Shown: positions 46,696 through 62,600 of the stretch, piece after piece
How the letters are laid out: every line of letters begins with the position of its first letter
Numbering within the stretch: the first letter of the stretch is position 1
Source of the DNA: Chrysomallon squamiferum
Taxonomy: Eukaryota > Animalia > Mollusca
Length of the DNA: 64,000 nucleotides
Direction: 5' to 3'
Assembly (NCBI GenBank): GCA_012295275.1
Contig: CM022672.1
Location: forward strand, 19,964,001-20,028,000
The notes under the pieces: generated by a model
Database searches by the model: none
What the model was told of the DNA's origin: nothing
The model's input: the letters and a program-made list of their open reading frames with translations, nothing else
Translations under genes and position numbers: made by a program

Positions 46696-47088
46696 ATGGA
46701 CGACAATTCCGTCAGCTGCAGAACAGCTATTTTGGGAACAAAGCAATGGACACCTTGCGTTTTAATCTGTCAAAGTGAACACTTTGCTATCAGCTGATCT
46801 GATGCATGTTTGTTATGCTAGAATAATGCTTTTTAGTTTTGATCCACCTCGATGAAAGTAGACCCAGGGTGCTTCACTCTGGGCTTACGAATGGTGATAT
46901 TTAAAATGGGATGATCTGGGAAAACCACTTCGACCAAAAATCACTTCTTGGTCGAAGGTAAAAAGAGGAGTAAAAAAAAAAAAAAAAAAAAGTCAACAAA
47001 ATCAACAAAATAATATATACTGAAGAAAAACATTTAAAAATTCAGTGTCGTGCCTGTTTTTGATGTAAAATATTTGAATGAACAAGCC

Positions 47089-50000
47089 ATGCAGTGTGCA
47101 GCAGTTGGTGTTGTATGCATTTTCCTGTTGACGGGGCTTAAGACGACGACGGCTTCATGCAGTGGTCGCAAAGTCCTAAGAGGACAGAAAGGCATGATTT
47201 CAGATGGACGAGGGAACTACCTCGCCAACGCCCATTGTGAATGGTTAATTGATGGTAAGTAATATATATTCATAATATTGCATCCAAAATTCATAGTTGT
47301 AACTGTTAAATGATTAACACTAATTTTACTTTATTATTAGTTTTTAATACATCGTTGTTATTGGTTTTTTTTTGTTTGTTTGTTGTTTGTTTTTGTTTTT
47401 TCAATAATTTTATTTATTTAATATATTTATTTATTATTATTATTATTATTTTAATGTATTAATATCCAGATAAATTTATCCAAGATAAATTCAAAATTTT
47501 ATCTTTCTCTCTTGATTGCAATAAGCTTTACACATTTTCCTAGCTGGAAACATATTTGGTTGTAAGCATATAAAAGCAAACATACACAAACTTGTCATTA
47601 AATTATTTTCTAGCGTACTAATAATCAGTTGTTATCATTTTGAAACAGAAAAGACAATTTTCATATTATTAACATAAATATAAACAGCAATGACACTTTC
47701 TATATATATATATATTCAATTATGATATTTAAAATAATAGTTAAGTATTTAAATGTATAAACATCTCGTTGTTAGAGATGACCTAATGTAGGTTCACTTG
47801 TTAGATGTATTGAAAAAACAGTAGCCCTTGTAGTTTGCAGAATAAGTTACAAGTGACGGAAAGGAATATACAGATAGGTATGGGATTCAATTACCCTGTT
47901 AGATCTGACATAATAACTTATAAACTTCTCATTTTCTCTGGAATGTTATTTTATCTAAATTATTTTGCCACCTTTAGTTCCTTGTTTAGAAGTATTATAA
48001 TTAGTAAAAAGATGGTGTTAATAATTCACACCTAAGTTGTAAGAATTCATGGCAAAAATTTTTTCTGAAGGGCATTTCACAGACACACCAGAAAACTAAC
48101 AAAAATCCATAAAGTAAGGTTAATGTATGTATAGAAAAATTCTGAAATAGATAATTATTTTGAAAAAAAATAACCTTAACATAAATGTTCAGATGTTCAT
48201 TTATAATTATGACTGTTATAATTTTATATATGGTGACTTTTTTTTTTTTTTGACATTTTGTTTGTGTTTTGTAAACATTGTCAAAAAATGGACATCTGCT
48301 TTAGCATGTTTTGGAATAAAATTATCTGATGATGATAATACACAAATAGAGAAAATAGGACCAAATTTGGCAAATATATACCAAATCAGAAGCAGTGTTA
48401 GATACTATCTAATTTTTGCATGAAAATATCTCTAAATAAATCATGTATCATTTTGTGTATTTACTTGTTTAAATTAAGTCATTAAATTTCAGCCAGCTGT
48501 CAGATCTTGACAACCTGTATATCAAACGTTGTTAACTGGGATATGGTGGTTTAACACAATCTGAATCATGCTTGTATAATACATTCTGAAGGATTTATCA
48601 TTTTTCAGTCTTGAAATTAATAGCTCTCTGTATTTAATCAGTGTTGCTTAACCAGAAATTCTGAACACACATTGAATAAAGCTAGTGATTTAACAGCTGT
48701 GATAATAAACCATCAGGTATCTAGGACATGGTAGAGGATTTTGTTTTTCAAAACTTTTAAAATAACATATTCATCCCTGAAGTTCCTATTCATGGCCCTA
48801 GATACTTCTTGTCTACAGGTTTCATATATTCATTTGTGTGTTCCTGAACTTTGAATTATGAATTTATCAAAACATAGCAAAAATATATTCTGAACTCTTC
48901 TCTGAATAGTCTAGATAAATATTTATAATCTTCCTGTTTTATGTTCCACATCTGTAGTGTAACATGATATTATGTTTACATGATTCTCACATAGGAATGA
49001 AATTAAATTTTAAAAATGCACAACATTACAGTTTACTTCCTTAAACTTTAAAGAAACATTATGTGGGGAAACTAAATGTATTTTGTTATTTCTTATGATG
49101 ACTATGCATTGATGCAGTTTCTCTTCTTAATAATGTATTTTTACATAAAAACATATTTACAAAGCAATAAATTTATTTTCTGTTACACATTTCTTGGCTT
49201 GCTATATAATAATTTCATGTTTCAGCTGGCAGTCCAAACAAAACCATCCATCTTGAGTTTAAGAGCATGGCCACAGAATGCTCTTTTGACTTTCTCTTTA
49301 TATATGATGGAAATTCATATGCAAGTCCCTTGATTGCCAGTTTCAGTGGTGACAGTCCACCTAATCCTGTTCTGGCTAAATCTGGATATGTAAGTAATTT
49401 AAACTATTTTTCATAGAAATATTTCAATAAGAAAATTTCAGTTGAAAACAAGATAAGAAGAAAAAGGTCACAGAACAGAACAAGCCATATTTATATATTA
49501 CTGTTGGTTTTAAAACATTTTTATGAATTTTAGTTCCTGTGCATTTAAAAGAAAAAAAAGGAAAAGAAATAGGCTTAAAAAAAGTCAATTAAGCCTGAGA
49601 AAAATCATTAGTAAATATTATTTCATTTCAGTGCAGCTGATCTATCTGTGTCAATCTCTCTTTTATTATTCATCAGATTTCAGAATTAAGTTATTGCAAT
49701 AATAATAAGTTTGCAATATTATTCAACACTTTCATCACCTTTTGCAATATGTTTTATATGCATACACACACAATCACATGCACATACATGCATACCACAC
49801 AGTCACAACCTTTTCAAAATATATATTTTAAGATGTCTTTGATTATGGTTTCTGTTTCAGATGTTACTGTATTTGTTCAGTGATAGGAACTACATGAAGG
49901 AAGGTTTTGAAGCAACCTATATGGTTCTTGATTGTCCTTGGAACTGCAGTGGCCATGGAGAATGCATCAACCATCAGTGTCGATGTTTACCAGATTACAG

Positions 50001-53000
50001 AGGATTAGCATGTGAACATCAGTCATGTCCTGACAACTGCAGCAATCACGGTGTCTGCAAACCTGCTGGACAGTTTCCAAGTAAGTGTGTATGTGAGGCT
50101 GGATACATTGGATCTAACTGTGGCTTGTCTGTTCTTGACGAAACTGGGTCTGGACAGTGGTATTCATTGGAAGTGACAAGCCCACATTTTAAACCACGAA
50201 CCTTTCACACCGGTGCATTTTTAGAATCAACCAACTGTTTATGGATATTTGGTGGTTATGATTTAAATTCAGTGTTAAATGACCTTCTAAAATTTTGCGT
50301 GAATAAGAATGAGTGGGAGAGTGTGTTGCAAACTGACCCTTGGCCTAGTGCTAGAAAAGGACATGCAATGGCTGCTGTCTCAGATGGCTTCTATGTATTT
50401 GGTGGGATTCTACAAAATGGTTCTCACAGCAATGATTTGTGGTTCTTCAATGTCACCAGCAACAACTTTACTCAAAAGGCTGTGAATAGCACTGTCATTC
50501 CTCTGCCCATAACAGGGCATACATTAACCAGGGCAGAATCTTGGATTTACTTGTTTGGTGGGAAATCTGAAGATCGCATTTTAACTGATTATATGTACAG
50601 AATTGATACAGATAAAGCAGAACAGTGGGAAAGGGTTCACTTCAAAGGAGGCAATTTTCCTAGAAAACGCCTTGTTGGACATTCCACAGTATATCACAAG
50701 GAGTCCAAATCGCTGGTCGTGTTTGGAGGATACTTACAAAGGAGTGCCCTGATCAGTGAAAGGACCAATCACATTCACATGTTCCACATCGAAGATAACT
50801 ATTGGGCGGATCTGGACAATCGCAGGTCAGACAAGTCTTTGGGTCCGATCCATGGAGCGTTCCATTCTGCTGTGATAATGGGGAACTACCTCGTTGTTTA
50901 TGGAGGCAACACACACATTCATCATCATTTGGAGGTCTGTTATAACGATGGTTTCTACTTTTATCATCTTGGCTGTCATGTCTGGGTCAATCAGACTATC
51001 TTTTCAGGTAAATATTATTACTGTTTTTATTATTTTTAAATATTCAATTTTTTTTTTTTTTTTTTTTTTTTGCTATTTAAAGATCAATTGTTTTTATTTG
51101 GCCTTGAATTTTGATGCAGCTGTTTGATGAGGTAATAATATATAGTGTTTGGCAAACAGAAAGCTTTTATATAATATTTAATAATGATATTTAAGTATTA
51201 ATCATTCAGCACTTGTAATTGGACAAACCATTCTACCAAATTATGTTGTAAGAAAATCATTTTGTTGATTTGCTTGTTAAAGAATGTTGTTATAAAGCAT
51301 ATTATTATGTTCATGCACTCAGTCCAGAAGCCAATCTTATTAGTTGCCAGTATATTACCTGGTGATTAATAGGTCAGACTATTCAAGATTATTGAAAAAG
51401 ATGACAAGAGAGATCTTTCACTTTGCCAGTGAGCACTCTAAAAGATCTGGTGCCAGAACACAATCTATGTTTAATTAAACAATAGATTATGGATTGCAAC
51501 ATCAAGGGACCACTTGTGATAAATTATTTTATATGCTCATGATAGCGTGTGTACAAATATTTTTATTATATACATGATAATGCAGCCATTCCTAATTTCT
51601 AGTTTTTCTTCTTTTTTTGGTGGGAGAAACAATCCTTTAAGGAAATCTGAATGCCTCCTGTAAAAAAAATGATACAGCATGAACAGATATACAGAAAATC
51701 CCCTTCCTATATTTTTCATTTCATGGCTCCTTCAAATATGCCAAAGTCCCTAAGGCAATCTTTATGATAATGTACAAAATAAGTTCAATATGTCTCATGT
51801 ATGAATTTTTAATAATGCTATAGGGCACGTCACTTTTTATTAACAATGATAAAAATGATAATGACCCTACAAAAAATATAGTAATATTACCTTAACAATA
51901 ACGACATAGCTAAACATCAGGAGATAGTAATGTAAATAATTAGTACAGAGAAATATAATTAAATCTATAAACTAAATTACTTATATAACATAATATATGA
52001 AATATACTGATGCACAAAAGGTCAATCAATATGTAGTCCTGTAACTAGTGATTAGTTTTAATCATTTTAAAGCACAACATTTTTATAAGTACAGATTATA
52101 CAAATGTAGTGTGGCACTTTTAAAAATATTTTGTCACCAAATAATCTTTTCATATCAACTTTGTAAATTATTATGATTAAATCCTTATGAAGAAAAAAAA
52201 AAAAAAAGAAGAATTCTTATGATTGTTTTTTTAAAAGTTACTTAATTTTATGATTTGTGTTTACATATCAAAATATAGACACAGTTGCACACACACACAC
52301 ACACACACAAACACATATGCATATATTACACTGGCTACTTAATAATTTCTTGACAATTATCAGATCGTTAAATTATCCTGTAAAAGCAAAATGTTCTGAT
52401 TATATTATATCTTAATAATAAATAAGCAATTTACTAACTTTGTCTTGTTTTATTTTTTTTTTATTTAACTAAGATAAGCTTAATTTTTATATTTTATAAT
52501 TGTATATACTTTTTGCAAAAATTATAATGACAATAACAATTTTAAAATGGCTATGGAATATATTATCAGTAAATTATTGCTGAGTAATGTATTATTCATC
52601 ATACAATTTTAATTATTATCCAGAGACAAATTTATGCTGTATTTGCAATTGTAATGGCTTATATATGAAATTAGGTATGTTAATATTATGTGTTCATTAA
52701 AATAAAAAGCTGATAGCATACTGACTACATTGAGGTAAATGAGGCAAATGTGTCATACTGAAATTGACAATTTCTAAATATTATTATTTTTTTTTTTTGT
52801 ACAAAGCTTTTATTTTAAAAATATAGAATATAAATCTCTATTCTGATAGAAATGATATCCATTGAATGAATGCCATTTGAAGTCTACCAACATCATTGCA
52901 ATGAAAAACTTAGGTGTCCCCAAGACCCCTTGCCCAATTTGTTTTGGATGGCTCATCTCAGCGATTAAGTGTTTTTACCTCATTTCAAAAAGAGTCTAGT

Positions 53001-55252
53001 TATGGCCATGGCATATATGTTTACGTAATCTTAATAAAGTATCCATTTATAAATGTTTAAGACATTTTTAAATATATTGAAAGATTAAATTTTACTTAAT
53101 CAAGAATTTCTTTGTGTATTTAGTTGGTAGGAGTTCAATTAGCTATACAGTACATTAAAGATTCTTTTGTGTTTATACCTCAAGGATGTTTTTTTCTTTA
53201 AAGCTATTATTCTTTCAGTCTATACCACACACAGTACTTTTCTATAAATAGATGGATTATTTCTATATTAGGAACTTCAGGATAACTGAATGAAAGCTGC
53301 AATCAAAAAAATACCATTACCAATTTTTAAATAGATCTTGATTTAATTAAGTACATTAGTGGAGTAGTGCACAAAATAAAAAGATACAGCATGCACTTAG
53401 AATTTGTTATTATTTTCCACTTTTTCTTCTTACTCTTAACTTGAATCAAAAAATAATTGTCTACTGATTATTATTATTAGTTATGTGAAACCAATGCGAA
53501 CAGGAAATTTACTTGAAATAATGATGAATATTGTTAATAACAGAAACCTGCAGGCTTTGAAAATTTAAGAAACTGATTTTGATTCTAAAACATGGATGGA
53601 ACCAAGAGAATAGATCAATGTAATTGCTGAAGAATATTTCTTGGTGACTGCCAACCCACTCATTTCCTACTAATCAATAAGACTTCTGCATATTTAGATA
53701 TATGATGTTATTTCTTATTGTAAATAAATGCTTCTTTTAGGTAGCCATGGTAATAATGCTAATGATTTTTATATTATGGTGCAGTAATTAGAAAATGGAA
53801 TATAATCACACAATGTTATGCATTCATAAACTTGTAAGGCATGCATTTATTTTTTAACCTTTTTTTTTTCTTTAAAGGATATAATTGGTATATATATATA
53901 GGCATATATATTGTTTTAAAAAGTGTGTGACCATTTTGAATTTTAAATATTAAAATAACAAAACCAGCACTGCTTATTGATTTTGATGTCTGGATAATAC
54001 CATGGGTTGAAGTAACATAAATACAGCAGTGTTTAATTAAATCAAATTGTTATAATTAAACAGGCAGCTGCAGTCCTTTAGAGAGTTTAATAGATGTAAC
54101 TTAGCAAGTCCTTGAAACTGTGCCAAAACAATGTTCTGTTGATATGTAACACTTGGTGATAAAAAATAAACCCCAGAGGAAACAAATTTACATTATATGA
54201 ACAAAAGTTCAGTAGGTTACATAAATATTTATATACCTATATTGATTCACAAAATTAATATCAGTATGTATAGGTAACTTTCAGACCTTTGTAATGTCAT
54301 TACTGAATTATTATTGTTGTTGTTATTTTTTTATTATTATTTTATTATTAATATTTAATGTTTTCTTTATCTAAATAATCAATTAATTTTGTAATTTAAT
54401 AGCTACATTTATTTTATTTCTGGTTAAGTAGCAAACAATTTAACTTACATAAAATAAAAGAAATGAAAATTGTTAAATATTCTGAATATATAGATTATGA
54501 TAAATTAATATTCATTGGGTTTGTTTTGATTTAATTTGTTGATATTAGTGAGAATAAAAATCAATGTTGAAAACTGAATTATTGAATTAAAAAAGAAAAT
54601 ATGAAATAACATGGGTTTATTTTCTTGTAATATTTTTGGAGAAAATACTCTGCTTAAAACATTTATTAAATTATCTGTTTAATAATGTTAAAATAAAATA
54701 TCTGAAACAGAAATTAAATTATCAAAAAATAAAAAACACTAAATTTTTGACAGAAACTGACTGTATAATTTTCCACTGTATATTACCTCATCTTCAAATG
54801 AAAAGAAGAATATCAATGTTTTTATCATTAATTTAAAATATTTATCTTATTTTGTTTTGATTTTTAATTTTAAATACTTAATTAATATACTTATGTAGAC
54901 TGATTCTACATTAGTTGTTTTTTTTTTTTTTTTTTTTTTCAAAGCATGAAAAAACCAACCTCTATGATCTATCAGAAACAATTGATAAGACACAATATTT
55001 TTGAAGGTGTCAATATTTTAATTTAAATTTACATTTAATTTTTTTTTTTTTTTTCATTCTTTCAGGACTTTCATCACAATTGCCAAAGAAGGGTCGTTTT
55101 GGACATATCGCAGGTGTGGTCAATAGCAACATACTGTTGATTGCTGGTGGCTATTCAGGACAGGTTCTGGGAGATCTGATAGCCTACAAAGCACCCCCAG
55201 CTGTCTCACCACACCAGGTGAAAAGATGAATATTCATATTATCTTTATATGT

Positions 55253-55289
<37 letters not shown>

Positions 55290-56574
55290 CCAGTGTATGC
55301 TGTCAGAATCTATTTAAAAATACCTTCCAGCTTCTTTTAATTTATTATTCATTAATAAAACTTATATCTGGAGAAAGCAATGAAATTTTGGTTATTTTTT
55401 AGCTTATTCTTGTGAGGCCTCTATATATGTATGAAAAGATGCATGTGTACATAAGTAACAGGTTATATTAAAAAAAAAAAAAATTATCATATTAACAGCT
55501 CTATATATATATATTGTTGAGGTATGGATAGATATACATGAATATGTATGTGTAAAAATGTGTATAAAATGTGTATTTATATATATATATATTTTTTTGT
55601 TTTGTTTTTTATTTTGACCAGTCATCACTTGACAAAGACTTGGACCATTGTCTCAATTACACTAGTTGGTCAAACTGTCTCGGAGACCCAGAATGTATTT
55701 ACTGTAAATTCAAACCCAACAACGAATCGAAAAACATGTCTCAAGAATCATGTGTGCATAGAACCCGTACTGAGGTAAGTGTAATTAGATTACATTTCTC
55801 TTCTTTTTTTAAAACTTTTATACAAATCACATAGCCAAACCAAATTAAATAAAAAAAAAAAAAAAAAAAAAATACATTTTACAAGTGTTACTCTATATTA
55901 ATTCTTAAATACATATTCATTTAAATCATTCTCTTAGCTTTTCTTAGTAAAGTTAGCTTTATCTGTCATTGTGTATCCCCATGTATTTAATGCAGCATTT
56001 CAAAAATTACTGGATATTCAACACCAACAGCAATTATTTTTTTTATTTAAGATTTTCTTCTTTTTATTATTATTATTATTATTCAATTAGCAATGTGAAT
56101 CTACCATCAACATTACTCACAATCACTGCCCAGGGATATGCCCTGCCCTACACACCTGTTCTACCTGTGTTAGCCAGGGGAAGGGGGCATCATTGTTTCC
56201 ATCTTCTCCTCGACGACGTGTCTACAGTGAACAATGCAGCTGGTGTGTAAAACAAGCTGTTTGTCAAAGCAGAGCTGGTAGGTTTCTCTCACACTTACCA
56301 ATAATTAATACTTTAGTATTATGAATAACAAATGTAATGTTATTGTCATGATGGCACTTCAGGTCTCTACTGACTAATATGCACAATTAATGTGTTTATA
56401 TTAATCTCTGAAAATCTAACTTTGTTGATAATATATATAAAGATATAGATATACATACATGTGCATGTGGATATACCCATGTACAAATTCACACATCGAC
56501 ATCCACTTAAACAAAGATATGAAGTGAAATAAAAAAGTGATTTTCTAAAAATGTGTGTGTGTGTGTGTGTGAGA

Positions 56575-56605
<31 letters not shown>

Positions 56606-59600
56606 CAGAAGGTGTGTGAGAAAGGCAGACAGCTAAAAACAACTAAAGTATTTTATAAATCTTTGTGTTCTCAGCTCCTCAAGGAACATGTCAAGCTGCT
56701 GACAACACAGAGTCGGGAATACAAGGCTGGTGGAATGGACTAAGTGCCAACCTGACCACTCTACAACAATGTGTGACTGAAGATTTCCCTGCTGGACTCC
56801 ACTGGATCAGATACAGACATCCAAAAAACATGTCCTTCCCTGATGAGGTTTGTTGTAATATTTGACATAAATTTGTTTGGAATATACAAAAATTACATTA
56901 GTTTAATGACAATATTTTTCTTTTGTGCTATAAAATACACATAGAGTGACTTCATAAGTAACTATGTAGTGTCTAACTGCAAAAAACAGATAGCAAAGGT
57001 TTGTGTTGATACAATTGAGAAAACTTATAATTTATTTTTAAAAAATAAATTACAAACACTAATTTCAGTGGAAATTTGGAATCATATACTGCCCAGTTAC
57101 TTGTGTATACATATATATATTATATATTTCTGTGTATGGGTAGGTGTGTTTATATATATGTGTGTGTGTATATGTAATGTTGGTTTTTTCTGTTGTTCTT
57201 TTTCCTTAATGGTTTTTCTTTTCTTTTTTTTTTTCTTTTTTTTGCCTAATAGGCAATAAATTATAGTTTTGTTGTTGAAAAAAAATTCTCTTGCAGGTGA
57301 GCATTGTCCGTACAACAAACCAGGTGCTGCAGTTTGAAGATGTCTTTGGCAAGGAACTGGAGTCTGTGGAATTTGTTTACAGTGCGCAGCTCATTGGATT
57401 CATCCATCCACTGAATGCCCCTCCACCTCAAGATAAAAAGCTTCAACTGTTTCTTGGAACACAGGAAGCAAAGGCAGTTCTCTATCTGAGCACAGATGCA
57501 GTGGAAAGAAACAAAGTTAGAAAAACATTTTTTAAAACTTTTAATTTTTTTTTTTTCGAGGTTTTTTCCTTTCTTTTTTTTTATTTATTGATCTTTTTCT
57601 TTCTTTCTTTCTTTCTTTCATTCTTATTATTTCTTTTTTTTTTTTTTTTTTAGAGAAGAATCAAATAGTGTTTCTTTTAGTTTTTATTATTATTTTTACT
57701 GGAGGATATTTTTTCTTTTGCATTTTTTAAAAAAACATTTATCACAGGCACAGCCTGGAGAAACATGTTGTGCATTTCCCTTTAGTTTCATCTTTTAAAG
57801 TCATTAATGTTGCTCCCTTTTTCTAAATATGCACGTCAACTCTTGTTTTGTAGCAGTATGCAAATGTGTTCATTCATGCTTATAAGTAATAATGTAACCA
57901 GGCATAGCCTTTTAGACTATTTCTTTTTTGTAAACATGATAATAAAAATAATTCAGACTCATTTTTATTTTTGTTTTTTTTTGTTTTTTTAGGAACTTGT
58001 TGTCAACATAGCTGCTCAGTCAATCTTCAACATCACTCCAGCCAAACGCTACAATGATAATGTGCTCATATTTCCCAATGTTGCCCGTGGTTACAAGTAC
58101 TACATGGAGCAAGAGACCAGGCAGGAAGTGAAAGACAAAAAGAACAACTACCCTAAGTCTAACATCAAGTTAGAATGGAATGGTGCAGTTAGAAGTCAGC
58201 TACAGGTAGGATGAACATTTGTTTTTGATTCTTCATATCATGAGCGTAGAAAATTACACTGTTGTACAAACCTTGCTTTTAAAGAAATGCTCTTACTATA
58301 CATCAGGTCAGTCTAAACAGTCCATTGCTGTTGAATAGTATCTAAATTATAAAGACTTTGTTAACAGAAAAATGACAAAACTGCTCATGTAAAACAAAAT
58401 TTTAAGTTTTCATTTTTTTTAAAGTTTATTTCACTACATATGAGGTAATTTTTTTCTATCTGGAAGAATACTATTTTTTTTTTTTTTTTTCTTAAGATAT
58501 CTCTTACACATGTCATTTTATTTTTATATATATTTTTTTTTTTTCTTCTTTTTCTTCCTATTTTTAAACAAATATATATCTGTAAGAAGACATTTATTTT
58601 ATAATATCATCAAAATTCATTTTAACAAGAGTTTAATTTTATTTTTGTAATAACATTTGACAAATATCTGTAAACAAAATCCTACTTATTTTGATTTTTT
58701 AAAATATTTTATTCTTATTTTTAAGTCCTGTGATTCAGATATTGAGAAAATCACAAAGTTATTTTTGTTTGGAGAAAAGTCTGATGATATTTATTTGTAA
58801 TGTCATTGTAGGTGGTGTGGACATATTTATAAAATAAAAACACTGAATATTCCTTATCAACTATATTTGTACACCTGAAAGGTTGGGAAAATACTATTTT
58901 TTTATTGACATTTTTTTGTTGTTATTATTTTAGCATCATCCTTTCACTTCTGAATTCCTTGAACCATACAACAATGGATCATGCTGGAAGTACAACAACT
59001 GTCTTGCTTGCATGAAAGATACTCTGTGTGGCTGGTGTGAAGTTCTTCACTCTTGCATCAGACGAGACAATGTCACTGAGGGCTGCACTGCACTTGAAGA
59101 TGAAGCTTACCTAATCACTGTGCCAACAGAGTGTCCACACTGTGACGACCACGTTTACTGTCATACTTGTGTGACTGTGAGTGTTTGTTTATGTAATTCT
59201 TAGTATTGTCATACATGTGTGACTGTTAGTGTTTGTTTATGTAATTCTTAGTATTGTCATACATGTGTGACTGTGAGTGTTTGTTTATGTAATTCTTAGT
59301 ATTGTCATACTTGTGTGACTGTGAGTGTTTGTTTATGTAATTCTTAGTATTGTCATACTTGTGTGACTGAGTGTTTGTTTATGTAATTCTTAGTATAGTC
59401 GTATGTGTGTAACTGTGAATGTTTGTTTATGTAGTTCTTAGTATTTGTGATTTAGAAATGTTACAGTCATGGAAGATTAATAATTGTATGTTGATGCTGG
59501 GGAGTTCATTTTAGAAGGAAGGTATTATTACTATTACTGTTATTGTTGTTGTTGTTTTGTTATTTTTAATTGCTTCAGTCAGGTTTAAAAATAGATAACT

Positions 59601-62600
59601 CAACGAAATCTTTAAAAAAAAAAATAACCTTAACCTTATATATGTATGAAAGTCTGGGTTAGTGGTATATTTAATTTTTTAATAATGATTATGGACTATA
59701 CATTTTTGTTTTTCAACTGGTATGTAAAATATATATATAGATATAAAAAATATTTAACCTTTTCATAAATATTTAATGAATTTTTTATTATCTGTTATAA
59801 CTGCATTTTGTATTTTTAACTTGTATTATTACTTTGTACAACTTAGGTTATTATTATTTATTACTTCCATAAAAGTTAGACTGTATATTTCATTTCAGGT
59901 TTGAACTTAAATCTGTTTCAAGTTCTGTGCATATTTCAGTCAGTGTACATGTAAAAGGTTCTATTTGTATTTTTAATTTTTTACCAGGATTCTTTATGTG
60001 AATGGGTGACCACTGATGGCCAGTGTACACGAAGAGGTCGGGTCAACAAAGCAATTAGAAATATCACTAAGTGCAAGCCACCCTGTCATCAGTGAGTACT
60101 GATGTATTTTAAGTGTAATATAGGTTCAGTCTCCCTTCTTCAAATGCAAATATATACTGAAGCTGTCTAGGCAGTTTTCTGTTCTTCAGTGTATTATTAA
60201 AAAATAATTGATAAAACCACCGGATATGATGACCATAAGATGCTCAAAAAAATACAAATGGTTTCACATTTAGACTTGAACTGTGTTCTTTAATTATCTC
60301 ATTTCAAAATCCAAAACAGTTCTAATTTCGAAAACAGTTTTATGTTTAGATTTGGATTCTGTTCTCACACCATCTCAATCCAGAACACAAAACATTTTCA
60401 TTTCAGTGACATATGAAATAAGTTTACAGCTACACTATTACTTCAGTAAATATACTTAATTTTTATTTATTGTTATTTTTCTTAATCAAGGCAAGATCTG
60501 TTAGCAAACTTTTTGTTAAAACTGTTACACAATACAGTTTCCTTGAGTCAAGTAATTTGATGATATAACATTTTGTTTTTTGTTCAGACGTAGCTCCTGT
60601 TCTGACTGTATTGCCAGCAAAGACGAATGTGCTTGGTGTGAGAATACAGAAACCTGTCTGCCATTCTCTGACTATGTGACGAGGTACCTGCTAGGGCAGT
60701 GCACAGGCTGGGTGGACAGTGAGAATCCAGGCAACATGTGCCATGATTGCTCCACATTTGACACCTGTAAAAGGTGTCTGGGTAACTTCAGGTGTGGCTG
60801 GTGTTACAATACTGAAAACCCGACCATTGGTTACTGTGTGGATGGTGATTTTACGGGTAAGTTGTTGTTTTCTTATGTATGAATTTTTAATTTTTAATTT
60901 TATTTTAACTATATTTTTTTTTAATTAATTTGAAATAGTATGAAATCAAAGCTGAAAAATTTCCTTTTGAAACTTGTTCTCAAAGAAAAATTTCCTCAGA
61001 TTAATTTTCATTGTAAAAACAATACACACAATAAAAACACATGCACACACCATGTACCATACATTACTTAATTCATATATAGCCATAAGCAAATGCACAT
61101 ATATACATATATAAATATTTCAAACTTTCATTCTATATAATAAACAGGCCCTCTTAGTGACACAAACTGCTCAGCAGTGATCAGCAACCATCACAACATC
61201 ACAGCTGATGAATCATCTGACTGGTCGTATGATGTCTGTCCTGATGTTGAGGAATGCTTGCTAGGACTACACAACTGTCATGCTAACGCCACCTGCCACA
61301 ATACACCTGAATCATTTGACTGTGTTTGTAACCAGGGATTTAAAGGCACTGGAGATGTTTGTGAAAAAACGTATGTTTAATTTCAACTAATAAATTATTG
61401 TTTTGTTTCATGATTTATTCTTGTGAATTTGGGGAAAGAGATAGGTATTCCTCTAAAGTATAAGCTCTTTTGCAGTTTTCTATAACTCACTGGAGTATAT
61501 TTTGAAATTTACTGCTCACTGCTAGAATATTTTATATTGTTAACAGAATTGCTAATCCATTTGTCCAATTTTATTTCAAGGTAATTGCTTCAGTTTATTT
61601 TTATTTTTTACTTACTACAGCAATCCTGACATGCTTAATAACAAAATAATAAATATTTATATAACTATATTATCTAGGTGTTTTGGGGAGTTCTTGTTAA
61701 TTTTTCTATGTATATCAAACCTCAAAAATAGTAAAGTAAACTAACATGTTGTTCTGTTTTTTATTTAAAACTTTTCTTAGTTGCTACTATGATTGCTCTC
61801 TGCATGGCAACTGCTCTGGACCTCCAGATTTTGAATGCAAGTGTGAAATTGGTTGGACTGGTGAAGACTGCAGCCAGAACTGTGGTTGTCACATGCACAG
61901 CACTTGTGCAACTGGTGTTGGAATATGTGACTGGTGTCAGCATCACACAACTGGTCCAGACTGCAGTCTTTGCAGTCCGGGAAGCTTTGGAGATCCACTT
62001 GATGCTGAAGGTTAGAAATGTCTAAATATACTCTGATTTGATTATTTTGCACAGAGCTACTTGTTATAAGTCATAGTATGTACTGTACTGTACATTCAGT
62101 TTGTTTCAGTCAGTTGATAAAATATATCAGTGGAAGGCAGCCTACAGTATTTTTTCCAAAGTATTATTTAAAAATGTGCAATTGTTACTACACCACTTAT
62201 TCTGGTGTTTCTTCTTCTTTTTTTTTTTTCTTTTTTTTTTTCACGTGACATTGACAGTTAAAGTTTGGCTGTTTGAGGATATAGCAACTGATTTTATAAC
62301 AATAGGTTTTATTGGTAATATTATTAAATTATACTCATTTTATTTTAATTTATGTTATGTCACTTCACTTCACTTTTCTTTACTTTACTTTACATTGTAT
62401 TTTATATATCCAGGTTGTAAGCCATGTAACTGTAATGGACATGGAGATGCCAGCCTTGGAGAGTGTAACAATGTCACTGGTGAGTGTTACTGCATGGACA
62501 ACACTGAGGGCTGGCGCTGTGACACATGTCAGGAAGGTTACTATGGCAACCCACGGTAAGAATGGTTTAACCAGTCAAAATAGTTCATATCTGTTTACTT

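Noticed and set aside
59156-59444. CRISPR-like regularly spaced repeats with polar decay
   Set aside because: Units are contiguous and near-identical with no unique spacers, there are no cas genes, and the context is a eukaryotic intron; it is a minisatellite.
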